Position numbers and translations under genes: made by a program
Shown here: one piece after another, positions 42,230 to 56,830 of the stretch
Position numbering within the stretch: position 1 is the first letter of the stretch
Layout: the number at the start of each line of letters is the position of its first letter
Notes under the pieces: model-generated
The model's database searches: none
Told to the model about the DNA's origin: nothing
The model's input: only the letters and a program-made list of their open reading frames with translations
Assembly (NCBI GenBank): GCA_951406725.2
Contig: OX597823.1
Span: forward strand, 28,520,001 to 28,584,000
DNA from: Octopus vulgaris
Lineage: Eukaryota
Direction of reading: 5' to 3'
Length of the DNA: 64,000 bases

Positions 42230-42372
42230 ACATCGAAAAATACCTTAGGAATGAGAACCTAGGTTCGAAACTTCCCCAAGACACCTGATGAAGCCTGGAG
42301 GGTCTATCAGCTGAAATGTTGTGTTAACAACAAACAAGATGAGGACAAATATTCATGAAATGTAAATAATGT
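42230..42372 (+). ncRNA. Family H1 short element with minimal hammerhead
   Basis: 42281-42324: acac CTGATGA agcctggagggtctatcagct GAAA TG TT gtgt. Confidence 0.7.
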
Positions 42373-43023
42373 GAAATGTATATATTAATTCATTTATCGA
42401 TTATGTATGTATGCATGCATGTATATATGTATGCATGTATATGTATATGCCCATCTATATATGTATATGTATATTTAACAATATAAATGTAAACTGGGTA
42501 CTAACGGACAGACATACCGAATATGTAAATGGTTTTCTGACCTGCTTGATATGAACGCAAGAAAAATAACAACACAATTATTACGCGTGCATTTGCTACT
42601 GGAATGTAAGTAGAGATACCATTAGCAGGCAACAGAATAAATTCATTTTAAAATACTGACCTAATTTGCAGGCACTGCAAAACCTTGACTAATGAATAAT
42701 GTAAAGGTGATAGTTGAGCAATATTACCACTCTCGGGCCAGGGAAAGCAACTATATAACAAATTAACCAATGGAAATAAATTACATTTTAATGATTCCGA
42801 GCACAGTAAGAACTCGGTTACAGAAGAATAAAAATGTTCAGATGACAGAGGGGCGAGAATCGCATTGATGAAATCTGAACAGAAAAAAACGATCGTGCAC
42901 GTTGTAATGAGATGGCTTATTTCCAATGGAGGAAGATAGAAACATTCTGAAGTATTTATCAAATCTCCCTATAAATTAAATGCATTATTATTATTTTCAA
43001 AAGACTTGTCAATCGTGATATTC

Positions 43024-43125
43024 TATACCCTCCAGGCTGCATCAGGTGTCTTGGGGAAGTTTCGAACCTAGGTTCTCATCATTCCTAAGGTATTTTTCGA
43101 TGTTATTATTGTTGTTATTATTATG
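43024..43125 (-). mobile_element. Family H1 5' fragment
   Basis: Shares the (AAT/AAC)n-catcgaaaaatacctta start; truncated in HHR stem II. Confidence 0.75.
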
Positions 43126-43894
43126 TAAAGGGACAAACAACCATTTAATGAACTGGAAAAATATTTCGCATGTAATTCCGTATTAATTAGTGTGAATGGA
43201 CTATTGAATTACACATGCTGATTATAATAGTTCGACGAATATCTGATTATAATGTATTGTATATAACCTAAATATCAATTTGTGGTAGATATAGTCGTGA
43301 TTCACTTAGTTGAAACTGACTAAAATAGAATGCTGTACGAGTTCACTATATGACATTCAAGAGAGTACCATCGTAAGACAATCCAAGGGTAGCTGGAAGG
43401 CCTGATATCTACCGAAAGGTCATACAGAAAATGTTTGATAAAGAGCCACTAATGACTTACAAAGTCAGAAAACACTGTGGCATTTAAATATAAGATGCCT
43501 CAGATATATGAACCGACATCAGCCAATATCAACCAACATGAAATATGCGTAGTATATCAGCATTATAAATCATAGCCTCTGAAAGCTTAAATTAACTGAT
43601 GAAGTCATGAAGCTGTTTTCTATATAAATATTAAATAATTCCTACAAAACCACTTTGTGTAACACAAACGCTTAGTCTTATCTGTACCGAAACATAGTAC
43701 ATAAGGTCATGTGCGCTTTAGAGGTAATCCTTATCTTTTATAAGTATTAAAGCATTCAATAATAGTCCTGCTACAAAGCGAGTAACAATTATTAGTTTTA
43801 GCAAAATAGACATGTATTTTATAAACATGAAATAAAAAAGCATTTATTTGCCGGTTAATATAATGAAATAATTATATTTCTACCACCATAAGAT

Positions 43895-44176
43895 GACTAT
43901 GATACAAAACCAGCAATGGCCAATGATTTGAAGTCAGCCATCGAACGAGAATGCACAGATATTTCGAACGAAATGTTTCTTGAAGTTTGGGATTCTATTG
44001 CTTCTTGTTATCGGTAGTGTTCCGACCAAAATGGTCATCATTTTGAAAATGGTATTTCATAGAAAAAATCAAATCTTGTCTGTTGATTTTCCTTAATATT
44101 GGAAATGTCATATAATTTAATATAAATTGAGCATATTATCATTCAATGTTTTTATAAATATTTGGGATACCCTGCA
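43895..44176 (+). mobile_element. Tc1/mariner transposon 3' remnant with TIR
   Basis: YDTKPAMANDLKSAIERECTDISNEM...CSDQNGHHFEN is a typical C-terminus; the end tttgggataccctg.a resembles a cagggtgtccca-type TIR. Confidence 0.75.
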
Positions 44177-44260
44177 TAAATATCTTTTATTTTTGTAAAT
44201 TTTGCTTGTTTCTGTCATTGGACTGCAGCCACGTTGGGGCATCGCCTTGAATTCAGACAT

Positions 44261-44352
<92 letters not shown>

Positions 44353-44357
44353 ATAAA

Positions 44358-44542
44358 ATTATAAGTTAGGGTATCTAAGAGATACCACCACGCCGGAAAT
44401 AGCAGTAAAAACTTGACTCTAAAACCACATTAAAAGTTCATACAGCACCAGGTGGTATATGAACATTTAATGTGGTTTCAGAGTCAAGTTTTGACTACTA
44501 TTTCTAGCGTAGTGGTATCTCTTAGATACCCTCAATTATAAT
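44358..44542. repeat. Near-perfect 185-bp palindrome (foldback)
   Basis: agggtatctaagagatacca...accacattaaa.gttcata / tatgaac.tttaatgtggt...tggtatctcttagataccct, with almost no loop. Confidence 0.9.
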
Positions 44543-44642
44543 ATTAATAATCATTACCTTTGAGGTTTTTATTCCCATGCTAGCCACCTCATAAGATCGG
44601 TATTTTAAATAACGACCTTATCCATATTTATATAAATTTATG

Positions 44643-44704
<62 letters not shown>

Positions 44705-44732
44705 TGCTTAATTCTATTTGCTTATTTATTGT

Positions 44733-44835
44733 TAACCTGAAGAGTGTCTATAATTTTAAATTGAATTGATTTTCGATTAAATTTAAATTTAATTGTAATT
44801 CCAATTTAATTATAGTCATGAAAGGTACATAGTTG
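44733..44835 (+). ncRNA. Degenerate hammerhead motif with long AT-rich stem II (H5)
   Basis: aac CTGAAGA gtgtctataatt...aattatagtcat GAAA ggtaca TA gtt; stem III is mismatched. Confidence 0.5.
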
Positions 44836-44983
44836 TTTTTTACTTATTATATATTGATTATTACTTTTTATACTTTTTGTGATCTAGTTATATGCTTTAT
44901 AAAATATTTTTTATTTTTCATTTATGATTTGGTTTATATCTATCATTGTTTCTATTGCATAATAATGGTTTTTTTCTCTAATT

Positions 44984-45014
<31 letters not shown>

Positions 45015-45228
45015 CGACAAGCCTCTTTCAATTTCCGTCTACCAAATCTACTCACAAGGTTTTGGTCAGCCCGAAGCTATAGATGAAAATACTTGCCGAA
45101 GAATCCATACAGTGGCATTGTACCGGGACGAATGACCCGTCTCTTTTGCCTGTCATTCTAATTGTTTTTTTTTTCCTGACCGACTTTGTATCGTGCATTT
45201 TTGGTTCATTGTTTAATATTTATATATG

Positions 45229-45338
<110 letters not shown>

Positions 45339-45491
45339 CATATATGAGAGGTTGTGCATTCTTGAAATTATGGGTATAAATGTGTGGCTGTGAATACAAA
45401 AGTGACATCCTTATACGTATTGTTCTAAATTATAACATATATAAACAATCCTCTATTTCTCCAATATCAAGGTCTCATACATTTTTATTAC

Positions 45492-45536
<45 letters not shown>

Positions 45537-45594
45537 CTACTTTTTTATCTCCCCTTCTTCCTAGCTTTATTGTTTGACTCCTCTGTCCGTCATT

Positions 45595-45739
45595 CGCCAT
45601 GATAGATCGCTACCCACTAAGCCTTTTCTATTTTTTCTTCTTGTTGATTTCTCTGTTCCTTTCTGTGGAAGAGCGTAGTCCCGAACCGTAGAAGACTTCT
45701 TCACTTCCCGCGCATTGTCTTTTGTTATTTTGTAAATTC

Positions 45740-45745
<6 letters not shown>
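45595..45745 (+). ncRNA. H2 element with decayed variant hammerhead (CUGUGGA)
   Basis: cttt CTGTGGA a gagc gtag tccc GAAC CG TA gaaga; ends ttttgtaaattctcac(TA)n. Confidence 0.6.
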
Positions 45746-45814
<69 letters not shown>

Positions 45815-46486
45815 ATTTGTATATACATATAGAGATGCATAATTCCATATACATGCATATATGCAAATATTTACTGAGAGAGAAAGAGTGACAGAAAATT
45901 GGTGAGAATGAAAAGACGGGAAGCAAGAGAGCGCGAGATGTACTCACAAGCAGAACGAGTCACTTAGATGAATCAATAAATAGATAGGTAGATCAGATCT
46001 ATATTTTGCACGTGTGCGTTCACACACGTATATGTTGCATGCTGTTTAATAAGTACATCTTGCTGCACGTGACTCCTGTGAAATATGATGTCAAAGGAAT
46101 GTTAGCAAAAGACAGAAAAGAAGAAAAACAATACAAAGACTGCTTGTATTTAAAAGAGAAGGAAGCGAGCGGGAAGCAGCCGTAAGTGGAAGAGAAATAA
46201 AATGGCGTTGTTTCTAAAAACTAGTATTGAGTGATATAGAGTTGGAAGATAGGGGTGAAGGAAGCTTATATCAATAGTTCAAACGGTGAGGTGTGTGTGG
46301 TGCGGTAGAATATTGCAATTAGAATATCGCTGCTTATTGGTGAGGGTGATTACATGTGAAGTGGTACATGTATACACACCTTGACACATAGAGACATACA
46401 CATACATGTCTATCTATCTATCTATCTGTGTATGTATTTATATATATATATATATAAACATAGCACACACATTCATATATGGATAC

Positions 46487-46547
<61 letters not shown>

Positions 46548-46714
46548 AATATTTATACTAAATGAAGTTTTTATTCCATTTATCTTATTAATACTCTTAC
46601 CCCAACCGCCACTACGAAGTTCCTGCAATAAATCTACGGATAACAACAGGTGATCGAAACTGTGCTGGTGCTTTTCTCATCATCCACTTATACATTTTTG
46701 TATAATTACTCCAT

Positions 46715-46755
<41 letters not shown>

Positions 46756-46813
46756 GTATATATATATATATATATATACATATATATAAACATACATATA
46801 TATACATGCATGC

Positions 46814-46851
<38 letters not shown>

Positions 46852-46955
46852 GATTATGCTCTCATGCTTTATTGGTTCCTCTCCCGCACACCTTCCCTAT
46901 CTCTGTCTTTCTGTCTGTCTCTTTCTCTCTATATATGTATACAGACATACATTTG

Positions 46956-47000
<45 letters not shown>

Positions 47001-47799
47001 CATATATATACAAATAGAACAACTGCACACACTAAACACACACACACTTATACATACCACCACTTAAACTCTCTAATATTATATACATATACATACACTT
47101 ATGACGAATTAGACCCGTATTCTTGATACATCTCACGCACACACACACACACAAATAAAATAGTCACACGCAACAAACTAACACTTCAAAGTAAGACATA
47201 TAAAACGCATGCTCAGTAGTAACGCAACACGCTTACTTGCATGTGACCCGAGTAGCGCTATAACGCACATAACGCTTTTTATACACGTCTAAACTCGCAT
47301 ACATTTATAAGATTTATAGCACTACAAAATTATACCACAATAGTGAGGCGAATTAGTAACCATTGGAATGTCGAACAAGAAGTCTATAACATAATATGCA
47401 GCAGTATCAAATGATACAACGCTGTTAATACATTTAGAATATGTACAATTTCTATAACAAAAATAAGAATAGAGAAATGTCTGCCATGTAATAATTTTGA
47501 AAACGCCATTTAAAAGAAAGTAAAGCCATACTAACACCACCACCATCACGACAGAAGCAATACGTAATAGCTACTTCGCGACTAAAGTGCAAATCAGTCT
47601 GTTTAAGGAACTCATATTTTGCGGGGTATCAGTCAGTTGTAGTGCTGGAACCAGACCCTTGCGCAAGGACGGGTGGCACTGCCTGGTTCAGAAACTGAAC
47701 ACATAGCCTAATGCTTGTAAACCCTACTACCGAACCATCATGCTACACGCCTTGACAACAATATGTCATCCCTTCTTTTTTTCTTTATATATTTTTATT

Positions 47800-48105
47800 T
47801 GTTTTATTCGTTACACTGTAGCCATGCGAGGGCACCGCCTTGTAAGGGCGAATCCAACCAATAGCCCCAGTACCCATTTCATCTGTTTCTTTCGCCGATA
47901 AGTTACTAGTTATCAAGCAGTAGATATACATACACACACATATTCCAAGGATTTCACATAGAGTTTCCTTCTACCAAATTCACTCACAAGCCAATAGTTG
48001 GCTCATGGCTATCGTAAAGGACACTTGCGCACGGTGCCGCGTAGTGGAACTGAACCCGCAGCCAACTGAGTGCAAAAGGAGCTTCTTAACCACACAGCCA
48101 CGGCG
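47800..48105 (-). mobile_element. SINE family B, degenerate
   Basis: accaaattcactcacaag, acacttgc, gtggaactgaaccc, accacacagcca. Confidence 0.7.
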
Positions 48106-48329
48106 ACATAATTTATATGAATTACACCAGCTTTAAGAATTAAAACTACAGAATGAATAAAAACGCTTAGAGCGATTAGAATATTTTACCGGAATAACAA
48201 TAGTCATAATTACAACACAATGTTTACTAGCGAATATAAGGTGCGTTAAAAAGGTAAGTTGTTGGAATGGATTAATTGTGTCATCTGTTACCATTACATT
48301 TCCTCTAGATTCACGTGATGATAAACATA

Positions 48330-48401
48330 ATATATGATCATGTATATATGTGTATACAGATTTATAGATATATGTATGTATTTGTATGTATTTGTATATA
48401 T

Positions 48402-48442
<41 letters not shown>

Positions 48443-48481
48443 CGTGTGTGTGTGTGTATGTAGTTATACGTGTATGTATGT

Positions 48482-48580
<99 letters not shown>

Positions 48581-48683
48581 TGTATGTATATGTATATACA
48601 TACATATATATGCATGTATGTATATATTCACATACGTATATATTTGAATATATATATATACATACGTACATATGTATATGTAT

Positions 48684-48742
<59 letters not shown>

Positions 48743-48861
48743 CATACATATGTATATATATGCATGTACATACAGACACACTTATATATATATACCTATA
48801 TACATGTTTGTATGTGTATACTCATATGTGTACGCATCTTTCCTTGTATAAATATCTGCAC

Positions 48862-48913
<52 letters not shown>

Positions 48914-49010
48914 GTGCATATACATACGCATGTATACATATGTACACAGGGATATATGTGCGCATTCATACAAACATACCAGCTGCATGCATGTATGCAT
49001 GAATGCGTGT
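48330..49010. repeat. Long (TA)n/(TG)n/(CA)n low-complexity tract
   Basis: Read directly. Confidence 0.95.
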
Positions 49011-49314
49011 AGATATACGCAAATAGAGGCATATGCACATGTATACATATTGAACAACCTTACTAACACACTAACCAAAGATGGAATAAATCGGATGTGA
49101 AGCCATTAAAAGGATTCTTGAAATTAATAATGTAAGAATTCCGATGACATGCAGTGTTATCGTTACCATCACCTTCAGCTCTGCACCATCGCTTCCTCAC
49201 TTTCCACTTGGGCCTCCCCCCCCTCTTACCCGCTCCTCGTCAATATCCTCATCTTTCTGATCCTGCACATTGTTGTCATCATGTTCACCATCACCTTGTT
49301 ATCATTAGCAACAT

Positions 49315-49363
49315 CGTTTTCATCGTCGTCGTCGTCGTTGTCGTCAGCATCATCGTTATCATT

Positions 49364-49408
<45 letters not shown>

Positions 49409-49619
49409 GTCGTCGTCGTCGTCATCATCATCATCGTCGTCGTCGTCAACATCATCATCATCATCATCATCATCACCATCATCACCATCATCATCACCAT
49501 TATCATCACCATCATTATCATCATCATCATCTTCATCATCATCATTACCATCATCACCATTATTATCATCATCATTACCATCATCATCATCATCATCATC
49601 AACTTCATCGTCGTCGTCG

Positions 49620-49661
<42 letters not shown>

Positions 49662-49730
49662 ACATAATCGTCATCATCATCATCATCATCATCAATCATC
49701 ATCAACAACAACAACAACAACAACAACAAC
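49315..49730. repeat. (CAT)n/(CGT)n/(CAA)n compound microsatellite
   Basis: Read directly; gives the poly-S/I/D/M artefact ORFs. Confidence 0.95.
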
Positions 49731-50463
49731 AGCGTCATTATGTGCTTAAGGCCTAAAGCAGAGGATTTCTCCGTTGCGTTAATATCAATGTCGTGAGACG
49801 AGATATATGCATTGATGCGAGAAAGTAGCGTATCAGCCATTTATCTGCTTGCATGTGTAGAGATATGCTAAACCTTGACGCTTGGAGGCCGTAAATGAGC
49901 GTGCGCACACATATGTATACGCATGTTCTGTTGTGTTTCGATATTTTTCACCATATATTTTACAGTACTTCTCGCTCACTCTTTTCCTGTTTATATATAC
50001 ATATACGATAATAAATAACGATAGGAATATACTGAGATAAAACTGATTTTACCACAGGAAAGTCTTACTTAACGACAATTGTTTCGTAGCTTAATAAAAC
50101 ATGCAACGATAATTTGTATTATATTTTATACATAATGAATTACTTACGTGTCTAAAGTAATATATGTAAATGTAATTTGTTATTTATTATAAAATACAAT
50201 AAAGTAAACCTTAATTAAGATGCGAAACGATTTTCATTTAATAAGAATTTCCAATAGTTAAAAAAGAGGATTTTTAATTCTGCGCGCTACTTATGTTTCG
50301 CAGGTGTATCGTAGTATAGATTCTAGATGTTTCATGAAATGATACTTTAAGGAGCTTTTTCCATGAAAACCACCGGATTAGTTGCATCCATATCTTTGTG
50401 AATTAAATATATATTTGTGTGTGTGTGCGTGTGTGTATCTATATCTACATTATTATTATTATT

Positions 50464-51120
<657 letters not shown>

Positions 51121-51149
51121 GTTATTGTTGTTGTTGTTGTTGTTATTAA

Positions 51150-51189
<40 letters not shown>

Positions 51190-51193
51190 ATCA

Positions 51194-51260
51194 GTGCCTG
51201 GGATCGAAGTCGGAATCTTGAGTTTAGTAGCACGCGCTCTTAACCACTACGCCATATGCC
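51194..51260 (-). mobile_element. tRNA-like SINE head (third family) or tRNA pseudogene
   Basis: Reverse complement gggcatatggcgtagtggttaagagcgcgtgctactaaactcaagattccgacttcgatcccagg has an A-box and a TTCGA T-loop, but no matching acceptor stem. Confidence 0.6.
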
Positions 51261-51268
51261 CACGGGCA

Positions 51269-51745
<477 letters not shown>

Positions 51746-51751
51746 AATAAC

Positions 51752-51935
51752 AACATCGAAAAATACCTTATGAATGAGAACCCAGGTTCGAAATTTCCCC
51801 ATGACACCTGATGAAGACTGGAGGGTATATCAGCTGAAACGTTGTTAAGAACAAACAAATATGAGGACAAATATCCATCAAATGTAAATAATGTAAATAA
51901 TGTACATAATTCCTCGTCTCTTAAATATAAAACTG
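51752..51935 (+). ncRNA. Family H1 short element with minimal hammerhead, fused to the SINE B tail
   Basis: 51804-51845: acac CTGATGA agactggagggtatatcagct GAAA CG TT gt; ends ttaaatataaaactg like the 41729 copy. Confidence 0.72.
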
Positions 51936-53437
51936 CTTTAACTTTGTGTCCAACGTACAACCATCGTCCATTTTTAAGCACAATGAAGTTAGATTATATA
52001 AAAGAAAAATAGTTCTTGAGAGCTTTGGAGAAACTTGACACTGTCTAAACCATGTTGAATTCATAAATTTCCAAAGTTTAGTTTATATAACGAACACTTA
52101 GAAAATATATAATACATAACAATGTTAAAAGCATTTGATACATCAAAATTAAATGTATCACCACTAATATATTTACTGGGTGTTGCTTTTGAATTTCTTG
52201 TAACAAGGACTATACTGTATCTATAGCCTTTGTTGTCATTTTGATCGAGAAATTCATATTACGATTTCAAAAGAAAAGCGTTATTTAAACTCTCCATCGA
52301 TTTCTTTTCAATCTATCTCTATCAGTGTCAGATTAATGGGTATTATACTATGCGGGAATAAATATTACCGACATATTGACTATTTTTTTTGTTTTTGTTC
52401 AAGCATGAAATAAGAAATCAGTTAATAAATTGGTGACATTTTGTCAATAGAAAAATGAACAGAACTTTCCAGAATTTCTCAAGGATTGTTTAATACAATT
52501 AGCGGTAGCACATCTTTGAGAAATTGAGAGACAGGTGACGGCGAACAAGGTCAAAGAATAAATTACCAAAGCTTTACAAGACTGGGATTATGGAGTATCA
52601 ATCAGAGTGATTAATGTCAGGCAACTCTTTCACAAACACATGTTCTTGTTAAATAGTTTAGATATCTCTTTGTAAAATTCTCACCAATTCTATATCACTT
52701 CAAGTTCTCTAGAATCATTTCTTTCTAACTAATTTCGATTCTTTCTCATCCTCGGTATTTCTCTCTTAGTCGATAACGAAGTGTAATTAGTTGGAACAGC
52801 GGGAAATAGTGTAATATTCGGAATGCTGCCCATAGATATCGCTAGAAATTCAACTGCTTCACTGCTCTTCTACGAATGATATATCTTCGAAATTCTCCTT
52901 GCTTTCAGAGTGAAATCATTCTAATTTGTGAAATTCTATTCAGTTACTAAATACCGATGCAGTCCATAGATATTTTTGCTTCACTCTAAAACGACCAGCT
53001 TGTACAATCTTTAGAGAGGCGGGTTAAAATGTTGGGCAGCATTTGTTCCATCTCTTTACACTCTGATTTCAAATTCTGTCGAGGTCGACATTGCTTTCTA
53101 TCATTTCGGGGGTGAGAATGCATAACACTAGTGAAATACTATGGTAGGAGCTATCGAATAACCCTTAAAATTGTGGACGTTGTGCCTAAAAGTGTGTTAT
53201 GGTTTGTATTCGAATTCATATATATGATAAAATGAATTGCTTCACAATAACAGCAACAACAGATCTCGTTGGGGCAATAATAGTACCTTACAACTGTAAT
53301 CATTCATTTTTAAAATATGTTTCCAAACGCGTCACATGCGATAACGGAATACGAACTAACGATATTTTGGCGACACTGTCATACAATATGACTGAAGTAA
53401 CCGATAGTCTTGTATTGATAATATAAGACTACGTTCA

Positions 53438-54277
53438 AGACGGCGAGCTGGTAGAAGCGCTAGCACGCCGGCCGAAATGCTTAGCGGTATTTCGTCTGTC
53501 TTTACGTTCTGAGTTCAAACTCCGCCGCGGTCGACTTTGCCTTTTATCCCTTCGGGGTCGATAAATTAAATACCAGTTACACACTGGGGTCGATATAATC
53601 GACTTAACCCGGTTGTCTATCCTTGTTTGTCCCCTCTGTCTTTAGTCCCTTTTGGGTAGTAAAGAAATAGGTATTTCGTCAGCTGTTACGTTCTGAGTTC
53701 AAATTCCACCAAGGTCGACTTTGCCTTTTATCCTTTCGGCGTCGATAAATTAAGTACCAGTTACATACTGGGGGACGACCTCATCGACTAGCCACTTTCC
53801 CCAAAAATTTCAGGCCTTGTGCTTAGAGTAGAAAAGAATATTTTAAGGCAGCGAGCTGGCAGAAACGTTAGCACGTCGGACGATATGCTTAGCGGTATTT
53901 CGTCTGCCGTTACGTTGTGAGTTCAAATTCCGTCTAGGTCGACTTTGCCATTCATCCTTTTAGAGGTCGAGAAATTAAGTACCAGTTACGCACTGGAGTC
54001 GATGTAATTGACTTAATCCCTTTGTCTGTCCTTGTTTGTCCCCTCTGTGTGTAGCCCCTTGTGGGCAGTAAAGAAATATGAAACGTCAACACGCACGGCG
54101 AAATGTTTAGCGGTATTTCGTCTGTCTTTACGTTCTAAGTTCAAATTCCGCTGTGTCAACTTCGCCATTCATCCTTTCGGCGTCGATTAAATACCAGTTG
54201 CGTACTGGGGTCGATCTAATCGATTGGCCCCTTTACCCCAAAAATTTCGGGCCTTGTGCCTAGAGTAGAAAAGAATA
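53438..54277 (+). mobile_element. Tandem array of four SINE A units (tail1-tail2-tail1-tail2)
   Basis: Units at ~53438-53669, 53670-53842, 53845-54078 and 54080-54277; outer imperfect direct repeat ataa.act.cgttca. Confidence 0.9.
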
Positions 54278-56084
54278 TAAAACTGCGTTCACATCTTACT
54301 TTTCTATTTCCTATATTCCAAAGCATAGTTAACGACACAGTTGTGAAAATTTCTCATCAACAAGATATAGAAGGAAATTTAATATTTGTCATGCACAGAT
54401 GAGCATTGTATTAATTTGATGAAATGAAATTAGATCAGAATACAAACGATAAGTTGGTTAAGACTTTAATACCTCTGACAGAGGAGAATGTTTGCTTAAA
54501 GAATATATTATGATTTATAATTCTTTAAATTAACACGAGTTGTAAAATGTTTTGACCGATATCGAAGCAATGCTTGCAAAGCAATTTCATGGAGCAAACA
54601 TTATCGATTCAAAATTACATTTTGTAGTGAATTCTGATTGTGATTTCGATCCACATGTGGGAAAAGCGCAGCATGCATACCATGACATTACATAGAAGAA
54701 TTTTCTGAAACCATTGGACTCACAGGGGTAGTTACCTGGTCACCATGGAGCATATGTGAGTGAAATGACTATGGCTACTCTGAATGCGACACTGGATTGA
54801 TGCAGGGTGACTTATTTACGGTTGAATGGACTGCGACAACGGGAAATGTAGTGTTTTGATCAGAAACGTCACGTCACCAGCCGGCCCAGTAAAAACAAAT
54901 CACGGTTTTGCGATCGTGAGTGGAAAACCTTCTCGACTAGGACATATGCCTTCACACAAAATACATTCCCCGCCAACAATACATTCGAAAAAGATTTTCT
55001 GTGGTTGTTCTGTGTGCTAGAATCTGTTAATAAATCTCCATCATATCTTGTCTTAATATCGTAAACATACTGAGAGCACATCAGATAACATACTAATGCT
55101 TACTATTAAAAACACGGACTGGTCATGGTTGGAATATCATAGATCATATACTTGCTCGATCAAGTCTAAAATCGAGCTAAGCAACAGCAGTATTAACCAC
55201 AACAACCTTTGCTCCTAATTAAAAAGAACAAATAGTTAGAAAGTAGGAGGCTTTCGAGAATGATGGCCGAGGTATGATTGTGGATGCGTTAGTGGATGGA
55301 TTAACGGATGGATTCAAAGATTCATACTCACTCTTTAGCATGAAGCTAGACCTATGTTCATATTAAAGATTTCTCTTCTATATCTAATAGCTTCAGAACA
55401 CAAAGGTTAACCGTTTTACTCATTATCACATAGTACACTCAGAAAATAGACGGCAAAACAATGCATATAAAAGGTCTCCATTGAAATACAAGGGAGCTGA
55501 TCAATTAGGGGATAAATAACATTGGTAATATTACAACCGAAGGAGGGTTAATTCAATTTTGTTGGTCTAATAATATTTTACATATTTAAGTGATATAAAT
55601 AAAGTGTGTTGCTTTCCACCAGAACACTGGACGCAAGATTGAATCTAAAGGAGCATTAAAGGAGTTAAAGGCATAGCCTATTGGTTACGAAGTTCGTTTC
55701 GAATTCCATTGTGCATGAGATCTTGGACAAATGTCTTGTGCTCTAACTTCGAATTGGCCGATTCTAGGAGTGAAACTGGCTAGATGGAAACTGTATAAAA
55801 TTCGATGGAATGTTTTTTTTTTAGTTCCTGTAATTCAAAACAGCACATTGACTGCGTCTGAGAATTGCATTGAGGCGTCACGCGCCTGATGAGGGTTCTC
55901 CTGCTTCAATGTTAATTTAACAAATAGGTATGGGTCAGTTGATCTAACAACAGAATGCATATCAGTATCTTCGCCCCCGTTGTTGTGGGTCTTCTTCGCC
56001 GTCGTCACCAACTTCGTGATCATGATAAACATCATCATGACCACCACCACCATCACCACCATCTTTACTATCATCCTCATCATC

Positions 56085-56574
56085 ATCATCGTTTCCTTTC
56101 GTCGTCATTGTCGTTGCAGTAGTCATCCTCCTCCCTCCTCCTCCCTCCTCCCTCCTCCTCCCTCCTCCTCCTCCCCCTCCTCCTCCTCATCATCATCGTC
56201 AACGTCATTGTTTCGTCGTCGTTGTCGTTGCCGCCGACGTCGTCGTCATCATCATCATCATCATCATCATCGTCATCGTTTCGCTTCGTCGTCGTTGTAG
56301 TTGCCGTAGTCATCACCATCATCATCATCGTCATCGTCATCATTTCGTTTCGTTGTCCTTGTCGTTGTGGTAGTCGTCATCATATCATCATCATCATCAT
56401 CATCGTCACCGTCATCGTCATCGTCATCGTTTCGTTTCGTTGTCCTTGTCGTTGCCGTAGTCATCATCATCATCATCATCATCATTATCATCGTCATCGA
56501 CATCATTTCGTTTTGTCGTCGTTGTCGTAGTCATTCATCATCATCATCATCATCATCATCATCGTCATCGTCAC

Positions 56575-56607
<33 letters not shown>

Positions 56608-56625
56608 TTCTTGTCGTTGCCATAG

Positions 56626-56671
<46 letters not shown>

Positions 56672-56771
56672 TATTATCGTCATCGTTTCGTTTCGTCGTC
56701 GTTGCCGTAGTCATCATCATCATCATCATTATTATCGTCATCGTTTCGTTTCGTCGTCGTTGTCGTAGTCA

Positions 56772-56816
<45 letters not shown>

Positions 56817-56830
56817 GTTTCGTCGTTGGC
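56085..56830. repeat. Higher-order minisatellite of (CAT)n tracts punctuated by gtttcgtttcgtcgtcgttgccgtagt-like spacers
   Basis: The spacer motif recurs about nine times with variable (CAT)n lengths. Confidence 0.85.

Noticed and set aside
45930-46300. Possible first exon(s): AAAATGGCG motif and GTGAG donors on both strands
   Set aside because: The ATG frame stops after 10 codons and the motifs are short enough to arise by chance.
51194-51260. Functional tRNA gene
   Set aside because: The acceptor stem does not close and the T-arm is degenerate; a SINE head is the better explanation.
53438-54277. CRISPR-like or tRNA-array appearance of repeated units
   Set aside because: Units are ~200-bp SINEs without unique spacers, in a eukaryotic context with no cas genes.
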